Origin: Pseudomonas phage Pa_WF01 | Length of the DNA: 64,000 nt | Strand: one strand, 5' to 3' | Sequence record: OQ848593.1 | In this document: positions 25,438 through 37,325 of the stretch, one piece after another | Position numbering within the stretch: position 1 is the stretch's first letter | How the letters are laid out: every line of letters begins with the position of its first letter | Made by a program: the position numbers and the translations under genes | Notes under the pieces: generated by a model | Database searches by the model: none | Seen by the model: the letters and a program-made list of their open reading frames with translations, nothing else | What the model was told of the DNA's origin: nothing

Positions 25438-25686
25438 TCAGATCCTCACGTCAGCAAAGCCAATTGGGTCAGCGGGACAGCCCCGCTCATTGCAGAAGTC
25501 TGCGTACTCTTGGTCCAGTTTGTTCCAGACACGCTGGAACTCTTCCATGGATTGGATGGGACTGAAGCCATGCTGGATCAACAGGAACAGACACTGGTCA
25601 TACTGGAAATCCCTTGCCCAGCACTGGCACGCGATGTCATAAACGGTGATATTACGGACACGTTTGATACGAGCGTACTTGTACAT
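25438..25686 (-). CDS. hypothetical Cys-rich small protein
   Basis: 82 aa with several CxxC-like pairs. Confidence 0.4.
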   Translation of the reverse strand: MYKYARIKRVRNITVYDIACQCWARDFQYDQCLFLLIQHGFSPIQSMEEFQRVWNKLDQEYADFCNERGCPADPIGFADVRI

Positions 25687-25928
25687 CAGTTGTTCTCCTT
25701 GGTTTCGGTGAGGTCCAGACGAGCAATGACTACTTCCACATCCTCTGCCCCTTCATAGGGAATGCGGTAGAAGATGCGGATGTCCTTGTCACTGGGACTA
25801 CAGTTGAAGGTGATGAAGTGCTTGGCTTCACCGAAGGTATGGACACGGTTGGTTTGATAGTTGACACCATCACGAGTGAAGCCTACGAAGCAGACTTCCT
25901 CTGCCATCTTACGGTCTAGCGGAGTCAT
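25686..25928 (-). CDS. hypothetical protein
   Basis: 80-aa ORF. Confidence 0.4.
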   Translation of the reverse strand: MTPLDRKMAEEVCFVGFTRDGVNYQTNRVHTFGEAKHFITFNCSPSDKDIRIFYRIPYEGAEDVEVVIARLDLTETKENN

Positions 25929-26167
25929 ACAATGATGTTCCCGTAGTGGTTGAAGTAAGCGAGGATCACCTCACAGCCTTCTGTCTCAGACATGTAGGAG
26001 AGACGGATGCCAGTGTCAGTGAGCTTGCAGTGGATGCGGATGTAGTCACGCATCTCTTCCAAGCTGTTGATGACAGGTGACTTGACCAGTTCACCATTGG
26101 TCATCTTCAGCACGTGACAGCTGTTGGTACGGATTACGTTCTTGAGGGTCAGCGTAATGAGGGACAT
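25925..26167 (-). CDS. hypothetical protein
   Basis: 80-aa ORF. Confidence 0.4.
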   Translation of the reverse strand: MSLITLTLKNVIRTNSCHVLKMTNGELVKSPVINSLEEMRDYIRIHCKLTDTGIRLSYMSETEGCEVILAYFNHYGNIIV

Positions 26168-26181
26168 GGTAATGCTTCCTG

Positions 26182-26373
26182 TCAGAAGGGTTCGAAGGTG
26201 ATTACATCGCCATCAGGGTTGAACAGGAGGATGCTAGACCACAGACCCTCATCTCCTTTGCACATGGCAGTTGCCTTGATACGAGCATGGTCATCAGAGT
26301 CAGCATGGAACTCATGCTCGACGGAGTTAATGCCTCTGTTGATGTACATCAGGGTGTAGATGTTCTGGTCCAT
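26182..26373 (-). CDS. hypothetical protein; first gene after a ~400-nt non-coding region
   Basis: 63-aa ORF. Confidence 0.4.
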   Translation of the reverse strand: MDQNIYTLMYINRGINSVEHEFHADSDDHARIKATAMCKGDEGLWSSILLFNPDGDVITFEPF

Positions 26374-26540
26374 GGTTGATACCTATAGAGGACTATGAAG
26401 TAAGTACAGAATCGAATACCACTCCATCACCGAAGGTGTAGAGGAACATCAGACACTACCCAAGTAGAGATAGGGATACGGTGTGTATCGTGTAGATGGG
26501 AAAGTGATGACAAGGTATAGGGTTGAGAAAGGTAGAGATG

Positions 26541-26600
26541 ATGAGGATAGACAATGTAGTTGAATGCACTGCACCACCCCACTATCTCCCCTATCCTCAT
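26541..26600. repeat. 10-bp inverted repeat ATGAGGATAG...CTATCCTCAT separated by 40 nt
   Basis: Direct reading, inside a non-coding region. Confidence 0.5.
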
Positions 26601-26688
26601 ACACACGAGAGACGAGTTACTGTCAGGTGAAGAGTAATCTCACAGAGAGTATCCCTTCCTTCCTACAACCTACTGTCCCTGAGAGAGA

Positions 26689-26727
26689 TGTGTGCTTTGT
26701 GTGTGCTCTTGATCTTATGTGTGCTCT
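26689..26727. repeat. three direct copies of TGTGTGCT(T/C)T spaced 11 and 18 nt apart
   Basis: Direct reading, inside the 400-nt non-coding region. Confidence 0.55.
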
Positions 26728-26765
26728 GAAAAGGTAAGCCCCCACTCCGTGTTAGGGAGTGAGGG
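26727..26765 (-). terminator. imperfect 10-bp stem hairpin with CTTACCTTTTC tail after gene 26779..27033
   Basis: Inverted repeat CCCCCACTCC...GGAGTGAGGG with one mismatch. Confidence 0.4.
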
Positions 26766-26778
26766 ACTTGGGGTAGGG

Positions 26779-27033
26779 TTAAGCCTTGGCCTTGGTACGT
26801 TCCTTGCGGACAGACTCGACAGCTTCGGTGAGACCCTTCTCCTGAAGTTCCTGAGCGTTCTCGATGTTGAGCAGTGCGATGGCTTGTTCGCGTTGCAGAC
26901 GAGCCTTGTTGTTGAAGTGAGCAGACTCTTCTTCAGCCCACTCGGTTACGTTCTCGGCAGCCTTGGTCAGGTTAGTGACAGCACGGAACATGGATTCCAG
27001 CATAGCGAAGAATTGGTTGAGAGCTTTGAACAT
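26779..27033 (-). CDS. hypothetical protein flanked by two large non-coding regions
   Basis: 84 aa. Stop is followed on the - strand by an imperfect 10-bp-stem hairpin. Confidence 0.45.
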   Translation of the reverse strand: MFKALNQFFAMLESMFRAVTNLTKAAENVTEWAEEESAHFNNKARLQREQAIALLNIENAQELQEKGLTEAVESVRKERTKAKA

Positions 27034-27364
27034 GGTAGTACTCCAGAGTAGTGAGATGTTGATGTGAGGACAGGATTAATCCACAGCACAGCCGAAGGCT
27101 TCTCTTGTTCTAGAAGTACAGACAGTTGATTGGGTAGAAGGAGAGTTAAACAAGGTGGGGTAGGTAGCGCGGGAATTCCAAAACTCAAGAGGTACCGGGG
27201 GGGATAACCGGATTTGGAGAGCCGCAGACTGAAGTACTGAATCCGTACTTAGCTAAACGAAAATCCCTCAGATCCGCGATAGCTGAATCCAGACTTCTAT
27301 GATGAAAATCCCTACAACCCAAATCACTTCCATCTCCCCAAACCAATCCCTTTCCCCCTAGCTC

Positions 27365-27449
27365 CCATAACCCATAGCTGAGGTTAAGTCGCCAAGCACC
27401 GAGCGCAGCGAGGTGGGCAGGATGACTGGTCCGAAGCTATGGGTTATGG
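27365..27449. promoter_or_regulatory. element A: 15-bp inverted repeat CCATAACCCATAGCT/AGCTATGGGTTATGG enclosing a 55-nt loop that carries GAGCGCAGCGAGG (27401..27413)
   Basis: Direct reading. The same 13-mer recurs at B and C in the same orientation, also inside inverted repeats. Confidence 0.55.
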
Positions 27450-27496
27450 ATACCTGTGGATATCTATAGCCAAGTTATCCACAGGATATACACACT

Positions 27497-28147
27497 CTAC
27501 TCCTTACCTTGGATGTAGAAGTGGATGTCCTTCCAGGAATCCTTGAAGGTCTTGAACTTGACTGGTGCTACGAAGGTCAAGCCAGTGGTCAGGTTGGTAG
27601 TAACACCGGTGAACAAACCAGTAGCCTCAGCCCAATAGACCTCCAGTCTGAAGTTCCTTACCTGATCACGTTGGGTCAGTACTCCAAGGTTCTCCTTCAG
27701 TAGCAGAGGAGCCTTGACCCAATCCCTTGCATCACGGAAGACAGGATCGAAGTCTGCATCCATGAAGGTACTCTCCATTCTGAGTGTCGTACCTCGGATG
27801 GTACCTACCCAGTAGAACAAGCCATCCTTCTTAACGATATCAGCCTGCTTACGAGAACCACGACTGGCAACCCTGCACAGGAAACTCTCCCTGTTCTCTT
27901 CAGTAGAGGTAGCCTTAAGCTTGTCCTCCAGTTCTTTTACCTTGGCTTCCAGTTCAGCTATCTTCTTCTCTGCTGGGTTGTTAGGTACTACATCAAACAG
28001 TTCAGCGTACTCAGCCAGCTTGACGTAAACCAAGCCAGTGTTGTCATCTCCTGCATTGTTGATGTACTCATGCCAGGAGATACCAAGGTCGATCTCTACC
28101 AGTTCTTGCCCTGGTAGTTTGATGTTCAGTACTGCTTTGTTGTTCAT
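27497..28147 (-). CDS. hypothetical coiled-coil protein (216 aa)
   Basis: Start MNNKAV, preceded by GCGAGGCTTAGACTCA. Confidence 0.5.
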   Translation of the reverse strand: MNNKAVLNIKLPGQELVEIDLGISWHEYINNAGDDNTGLVYVKLAEYAELFDVVPNNPAEKKIAELEAKVKELEDKLKATSTEENRESFLCRVASRGSRKQADIVKKDGLFYWVGTIRGTTLRMESTFMDADFDPVFRDARDWVKAPLLLKENLGVLTQRDQVRNFRLEVYWAEATGLFTGVTTNLTTGLTFVAPVKFKTFKDSWKDIHFYIQGKE

Positions 28148-28200
28148 TGAGTCTAAGCCTCGCGCGCGTTGAGGTGGGGAGTAGGGAAGCCTCGCGCCTG

Positions 28201-28229
28201 CGGCCCGAGTCAACCCCGAGCGGAGCGAG
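28201..28229. promoter_or_regulatory. element B: GTCAACCCC-GAGCGGAGCGA-GGGGTTGAC (9-bp stem) carrying GAGCGGAGCGAGG, followed by CGAGG-GTAATT-CCTCG
   Basis: Lies ~55-80 nt upstream of the start of 27497..28147. Direct repeat AAGCCTCGCGC x2 sits just downstream (lower coordinates, 28148-28187). Confidence 0.55.
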
Positions 28230-28290
28230 GGGTTGACGAGGGTAATTCCTCGTGGTACCCTTGGTATTACTCACCCACGGGGGATTACCT

Positions 28291-28311
28291 ATATATTATA
28301 TAGGGGGGAGA
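28291..28311 (-). promoter_or_regulatory. AT-rich TATATATTATATA-GGGGGG motif (reads CCCCCCTATATAATATATA on the - strand)
   Basis: Contains TATAAT-like hexamers. A similar motif is at 63748..63762, also upstream of - strand genes. Confidence 0.4.
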
Positions 28312-28313
28312 AG

Positions 28314-28337
28314 GAGGCTTACGGGCCTCCTTTTTTG
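28314..28337 (+). terminator. GGAGGC-TTACGG-GCCTCC hairpin plus T6; may act in both directions because an A-run precedes it on the other strand
   Basis: Stem-loop with T-run. Lies after - strand gene 28349..28657 and before the TATATATTATATA element. Confidence 0.5.
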
Positions 28338-28348
28338 TGCCTGGAATA

Positions 28349-28657
28349 CTACCGTTGGTCGGGAAGATGACCGATGGTTACACCCGGTGGGTACCGGAAG
28401 GTAGGGGTGCTTTGCTTCTTCAACCGGGCTACCTCCTGCTCCAGATCGTGGATCTTCTTCTTGAGGATGGCTTCCTCGGTGGCAGGAAACTGGGCAGTGA
28501 TGGACACCTGTGCCGCGAGCAACTCCTGTAGGTAGCTGTACTGGGCTGACGATGCCATCGCCTGCCAGAGTTCAGGTGCCAAGGAAGAGTCGATGTAGAA
28601 GGTCTGTCCCTGGATGGTCAAGACGAACCGCATCATCCCAGTAGTGTTGAGTTCCAT
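28349..28657 (-). CDS. hypothetical protein
   Basis: Start MELNTTG, preceded by TGGAGGTTCT. Confidence 0.4.
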   Translation of the reverse strand: MELNTTGMMRFVLTIQGQTFYIDSSLAPELWQAMASSAQYSYLQELLAAQVSITAQFPATEEAILKKKIHDLEQEVARLKKQSTPTFRYPPGVTIGHLPDQR

Positions 28658-28908
28658 AGAACCTCCAATGCAAGCATGGCTCCGTACAGGTTCATCGGTA
28701 CCATGGGTGCGAAGATGATGAAGGCGAAGACAGGCTTGTCCCGCCATTCGGGTGAGTACCTGGTCACGTCGATCGCCGTCCATAGCAGGAGGGCGAAGAG
28801 GAAGTGCAACAGGTGGAAGAGCCAGAGGTGTTCCTCGCTTGCTGGCTTGGGTACATACAAGGACCAGACCAGAGCGAAGATCAGGTTGGACACCCAGTCT
28901 GCTTTCAT
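28633..28908 (-). CDS. small membrane protein
   Basis: 91 aa with hydrophobic segments. Confidence 0.4.
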   Translation of the reverse strand: MKADWVSNLIFALVWSLYVPKPASEEHLWLFHLLHFLFALLLWTAIDVTRYSPEWRDKPVFAFIIFAPMVPMNLYGAMLALEVLWNSTLLG

Positions 28909-29117
28909 TGGTTTGGCCCCGCAGTGAAGAGTACTCGTGAGTGAGTGACGTTCAGAACAGAGATGCCAGTCTCCCTTCGTATCAGATTGAGGATCTGAGC
29001 TACAGTAGAGGAGAAGTCATCCTGTACTTCACTGAGTGAGTAGGGGATCTCCACCTTGTGAAGGGAAGTCTTCCCGTTCTTCAGCTTCATCTGTACATGT
29101 GCATAGCTGATGTCCAT
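28905..29117 (-). CDS. hypothetical protein
   Basis: 70-aa ORF with stop-start overlaps on both sides. Confidence 0.4.
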   Translation of the reverse strand: MDISYAHVQMKLKNGKTSLHKVEIPYSLSEVQDDFSSTVAQILNLIRRETGISVLNVTHSRVLFTAGPNQ

Positions 29118-29548
29118 TACAGCTTACCTTCCTGGAGTTGGTGGATGCCGTAGCTGTAGAGAAGCTCAGCTACTTTCTCCGACTGCTCGTATCCCTTGTT
29201 ACGGAGCATCACTGTCATCTCTTCTACCTGCACCAGCTTGAGTACACGATCAACCGGGCACTCTGCATAGCAGAGATGGTTGGGGTCTACCAGGGCATGG
29301 AAGAGGTCGCCGTCTTCATTGATACTGTGGACTGCGATCAGAGGGATGTTCCCCTTCTCGGTGTACTGGATGCACAGACCCATGACGATCACTTGGCTTC
29401 CTGCACCGAGGGCCAGTTTTCTTCCAGTGTCCGGGTTGTGAGTGAGGGTGTCCCTCAAAAGGAATACCTTGGTGCCACACTCCACTCGTGCGTTACGGGA
29501 CATGAGTTCCCCGTTCACGATGTGGCGGGCATAGGGTTCTAGTTGCAT
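29117..29548 (-). CDS. hypothetical protein, first gene of the - strand block and divergent from the late operon
   Basis: AAGGAGTAAACC precedes the ATG. Confidence 0.5.
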   Translation of the reverse strand: MQLEPYARHIVNGELMSRNARVECGTKVFLLRDTLTHNPDTGRKLALGAGSQVIVMGLCIQYTEKGNIPLIAVHSINEDGDLFHALVDPNHLCYAECPVDRVLKLVQVEEMTVMLRNKGYEQSEKVAELLYSYGIHQLQEGKL

Positions 29549-29614
29549 GGTTTACTCCTTGGTTTGTACGTTGTGTTATCCTCGGCACAACCTATAGACA
29601 ACCGAGGTACTAAG

Positions 29615-30339
29615 ATGACTACCACCCCCGCCACTACTGCTCAGCCTGGGATGTTGACGGTAGATGAGTTCCGCTCTGTGCTACCTGACAAGATGAAGAA
29701 GTCCATCTCCCCGGAAGTACTGAAGACACTCAATGACATGCTGTCCGATCCTGACATGGCGGAAGCCTTCAGGGACAACATCATTGGGTACACCCATGTG
29801 ATGAAGGAAGGTAAGTTCAAGCTGGACAACTACCTCCATGCTTCGAAGTACGTGACCTATAAGCTGATGGGGTTGAACAACACCGAGGCTTACACCCGTA
29901 CCTTCCCCACCAAGATCCAGCGGTGGACCCAACAGGGTGTGGCCAACAAGGACATGGCCAGCTACATCACCAGCTACAACAAGTCCAAGCTGGTGAACCT
30001 CATCCTGGAGCAGGCGCTGATCCCATGCCATGTGCTCAACGCTGACATCAAGCAGAAGGCAATCAACCATCTGTTTCACCTGATGCAGAACGCACAGTCG
30101 GAGAAGGTCCAGCAGGAATCGGCCAACAGTCTGCTCACTCACCTGAAGTCGCCGGAGAAGACTGAACTGAAGATCGATGTCTCTGACCGTGCAGCTGATG
30201 CCATCGACATCATGCGGCAGAACGCTGAAGCACTGGCCCGTCTCCAGCAGGAGATGATCGCAGGCAAGCAGATGTCGGCGAAGGATGTGGCTGAACGCAG
30301 CATGGACTTCGGTGAAGTCATCGAAGGGGAGCTTGCCTA

Positions 30340-30340
<1 letters not shown>
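29615..30340 (+). CDS. putative terminase small subunit
   Basis: Lies immediately upstream of the large terminase. Start MTTTPA, preceded by GAGGTACTAAG. Call rests on position only. Confidence 0.4.
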
Positions 30341-32723
<2,383 letters not shown>

Positions 32724-32727
32724 GGGT

Positions 32728-32757
32728 GAGGGGACCAGGACGGTCCCCTCTTTTTTT
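32728..32757 (+). terminator. GAGGGGACC-AGGAC-GGTCCCCTC plus T7 at the convergent junction terminase-module / dUTPase-module
   Basis: 9-bp stem with T-run. The stop of the - strand gene lies within the T-run. Confidence 0.65.
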
Positions 32758-33055
32758 ATGCCTGGATTTCCTTGAAGCGGACAGCGCCGAAGTCGGCAGA
32801 CCAGCCTTCGATGGAACCTTCTTCGTTGACGAAGATCCATTCGCCGGCCTTCACGTCCAGGGTGGCACCCTCGTTGAAGTTGCTGAGGGAGTAGACACGT
32901 TCGCCATCAGCGTTGTCGCCGAAGGCTGCCGTGATGAAGGGGAAGGTGCTGAGCATTTCTTGCAGAGCCTGGACGTTCTGCTCGTGGTCTTCACTTACCT
33001 GCCAGCCCTTGAACTTGAGGGGCTTGGCGTGTTCGTACTCTTTGATCAGTTGCAT
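32756..33055 (-). CDS. hypothetical protein
   Basis: 99-aa ORF co-transcribed with dUTPase, antisense to the late operon. Confidence 0.45.
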   Translation of the reverse strand: MQLIKEYEHAKPLKFKGWQVSEDHEQNVQALQEMLSTFPFITAAFGDNADGERVYSLSNFNEGATLDVKAGEWIFVNEEGSIEGWSADFGAVRFKEIQA

Positions 33056-33058
33056 GGG

Positions 33059-33478
33059 TTATTCCCCAGTAGAGCCGAAGCCGCCTTCACCACGATTGGT
33101 TTCGGACAGTTCTTCGACGAGTTGAAGTTCGGGTGTAGCCACCGGAACGATGAGCATCTGAAGCACACGGTTACCGGCTTCCCAGTGGAATGGTTCGCGG
33201 TCGGTGGAGACTACAGCTACCCACTCCCCACGATAGTCGGAGTCGATCACTCCGCAGGTGTTACGCAGGCGAAGACCTGCTTTACTTCCCGTACCCGAGC
33301 GAGGCAGCAGTAAGGCTACATGCCCTTCCGGTACAGCAGCAGAGAAGCCCAGCTTTACCTTGGTTGGTTGGTTTGGGTAAGCCACACCACCTTCCGGCAT
33401 GAAGATGTCGTACCCGCCTGCGGTATCACTGGCACGCACGGGCATGGTAAAGTTCGGACTCAGTTGTTTAATTTCCAA
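33059..33478 (-). CDS. dut: dUTP diphosphatase
   Basis: dUTPase motifs GYDIF, RSG..GVIDSDYRGE and RGEGGFGSTG. Confidence 0.85.
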   Translation of the reverse strand: MEIKQLSPNFTMPVRASDTAGGYDIFMPEGGVAYPNQPTKVKLGFSAAVPEGHVALLLPRSGTGSKAGLRLRNTCGVIDSDYRGEWVAVVSTDREPFHWEAGNRVLQMLIVPVATPELQLVEELSETNRGEGGFGSTGE

Positions 33479-33500
33479 GATTCTTACCTCATTGGTTTGA

Positions 33501-35693
<2,193 letters not shown>

Positions 35694-35708
35694 TTAACTT
35701 CTCTATAG

Positions 35709-35733
35709 TTGGTTCACCTTTACGGTGAACCAA
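35709..35733 (+). terminator. TTGGTTCACC-TTTAC-GGTGAACCAA hairpin after the portal gene
   Basis: 10-bp perfect stem. No clean T-run follows (CACCCCTTTAC). Confidence 0.4.
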
Positions 35734-35762
35734 CACCCCTTTACTTGACAGGATTTGCAAAG

Positions 35763-36101
35763 ATGAACGAAGAACACGCTATTCAGATCACCCGGAAGAA
35801 CGCTGAGAAGTTCGTCCGGTTGCGTGACGCAATGCTGCGTTTGCACAAGAACCGGGACTTCCAGGCGCTGATCCTCAACGACTTCCTCAAGGACAACGCT
35901 GCACGTCTGGTCCTGCTCAAGGCGGACAAGAACATGGAATCCCCCGAGATGCAGGCTCGCATCATCCGTGAGATCGATGCGGTCGGCGCTCTGCACACCT
36001 ACTTCCAGCTGATCGGCGTACGTGGCGACGAAGCTGAACAGGCCATCAAGGACTGTGACGCTGAACTCGAACGTGTCCGTGAAGAGGAGGATGAAGAGTA
36101 A
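35763..36101 (+). CDS. hypothetical head-module protein
   Basis: Start MNEEHA. The ORF-track N-terminus reads through a terminator hairpin. Confidence 0.4.
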   Translation: MNEEHAIQITRKNAEKFVRLRDAMLRLHKNRDFQALILNDFLKDNAARLVLLKADKNMESPEMQARIIREIDAVGALHTYFQLIGVRGDEAEQAIKDCDAELERVREEEDEE

Positions 36102-37291
36102 TGGCTGACTTCCTCGAAATGAGTGACGACGATCTGCCCGAGTTCTACGAAGTAGAAGAGCAGACTCGCTCCGAGCAAGAAGAACCCGAGCAGGAACAAC
36201 TGGACGACGAGCAAGTTGAAGACGCCGGCCAGGAAGAAGAGCCTGCTGACGAAGAGCAGGAAGAAGAACAGAAGGAGGAACAAGATCCTCTCAACTCGCC
36301 GGACGATGAACTCGGCGATCTTCCTGCGGAAGAGAAACCGACTGAAGAAAAGTCGGGGCAGGAAGAAGAAGACGGCGACAAGGAAGAGTCGGAAGATACT
36401 CCGGCTGAAGAAGAACCTGAATCCAAGAAGTCCGAGGCTACCAAGCAAGAGGTAGATCCTGCTGACTTCATGGCGAAGATCACTGCACCGTTCAAAGCGA
36501 ATGGCCGTGATCTCCAGGTCAAGACGCCGGAAGAGGCTATCCGTCTGATGCAGATGGGTGCCAACTACAACCACAAGATGTCCGCGCTCAAGCCTAACTT
36601 GCACATGATGCGTCAACTGGATGAAGCTGGTTTGCTGAACCCGGAGACTATCGCCAATGTGGTTGATCTTCTCAAACACAAGAAACCTGAAGCCATCGCT
36701 AAGTTGGCTAAAGATGCCGGTGTAGATCCGCTCGACTTGGATGAGAAGAGTGTTGCGGATTACAAACCGACTGCTGTACCATTCAACCAAGTTCGTGAGG
36801 CACTGGACGAACAACTCGATTCCATCGAGCACAGTCCATCCTACAACCGAGTGGTTACTACGCTGGGCAAGTTGGATAAAACTTCTCAGAAGTTGGTTTC
36901 CGAACATCCTCAAGTCATCGGCTACTTCGAACAGCACATGACCAATGGGGTATTCGACCGAATCGACTCCGAGATCCAGCGCCGTAAGGCATTCGGCACG
37001 ATCACTGATAGTACCCCGTACCTGCACGCATATAAGGCGGTTGGGGATGAGCTTCAGGCTCAAGGTGCATTCGACGATTTGGCTCAAGCCTCGGCCACTG
37101 AAAGCCAACGTAAAGCACCCGCTGAACCGGTGAAGCGAGTCACCACCCGCACCAAGGCACAGGAAGCGGCTGTGAAAGAAAAACGTCGGGCTGCTGCTCC
37201 GACCAAAACTGTAGCTGGAAAGGCTAAGCCCGCCCAGTTCGATCCCCTAGCGATGTCGGACGAAGAGTTCGAGAAGCTGGGCTTCAACTAA
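36101..37291 (+). CDS. scaffolding protein (putative)
   Basis: Extremely acidic N-terminal 120 aa (E/D/Q-rich). Lies immediately upstream of the capsid gene. Confidence 0.55.
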   Translation: MADFLEMSDDDLPEFYEVEEQTRSEQEEPEQEQLDDEQVEDAGQEEEPADEEQEEEQKEEQDPLNSPDDELGDLPAEEKPTEEKSGQEEEDGDKEESEDTPAEEEPESKKSEATKQEVDPADFMAKITAPFKANGRDLQVKTPEEAIRLMQMGANYNHKMSALKPNLHMMRQLDEAGLLNPETIANVVDLLKHKKPEAIAKLAKDAGVDPLDLDEKSVADYKPTAVPFNQVREALDEQLDSIEHSPSYNRVVTTLGKLDKTSQKLVSEHPQVIGYFEQHMTNGVFDRIDSEIQRRKAFGTITDSTPYLHAYKAVGDELQAQGAFDDLAQASATESQRKAPAEPVKRVTTRTKAQEAAVKEKRRAAAPTKTVAGKAKPAQFDPLAMSDEEFEKLGFN

Positions 37292-37325
37292 GCAATCCCT
37301 GAAACTGGAATAAGGAAAACATCTC

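Noticed and set aside
27034-27497. Possible tRNA genes in the large non-coding regions (also checked 26374..26780 and 63710..64000)
   Set aside because: I could not find a GTTCGAATC-type T-loop or a cloverleaf by eye. No tRNA is claimed; a tRNAscan run would settle it.
35745-35750. TTGACA hexamer upstream of 35763
   Set aside because: There is no matching -10 element at 16-18 nt spacing, so it is probably chance.
35999-37108. 369-aa - strand ORF
   Set aside because: Antisense to the scaffold gene; low-complexity.
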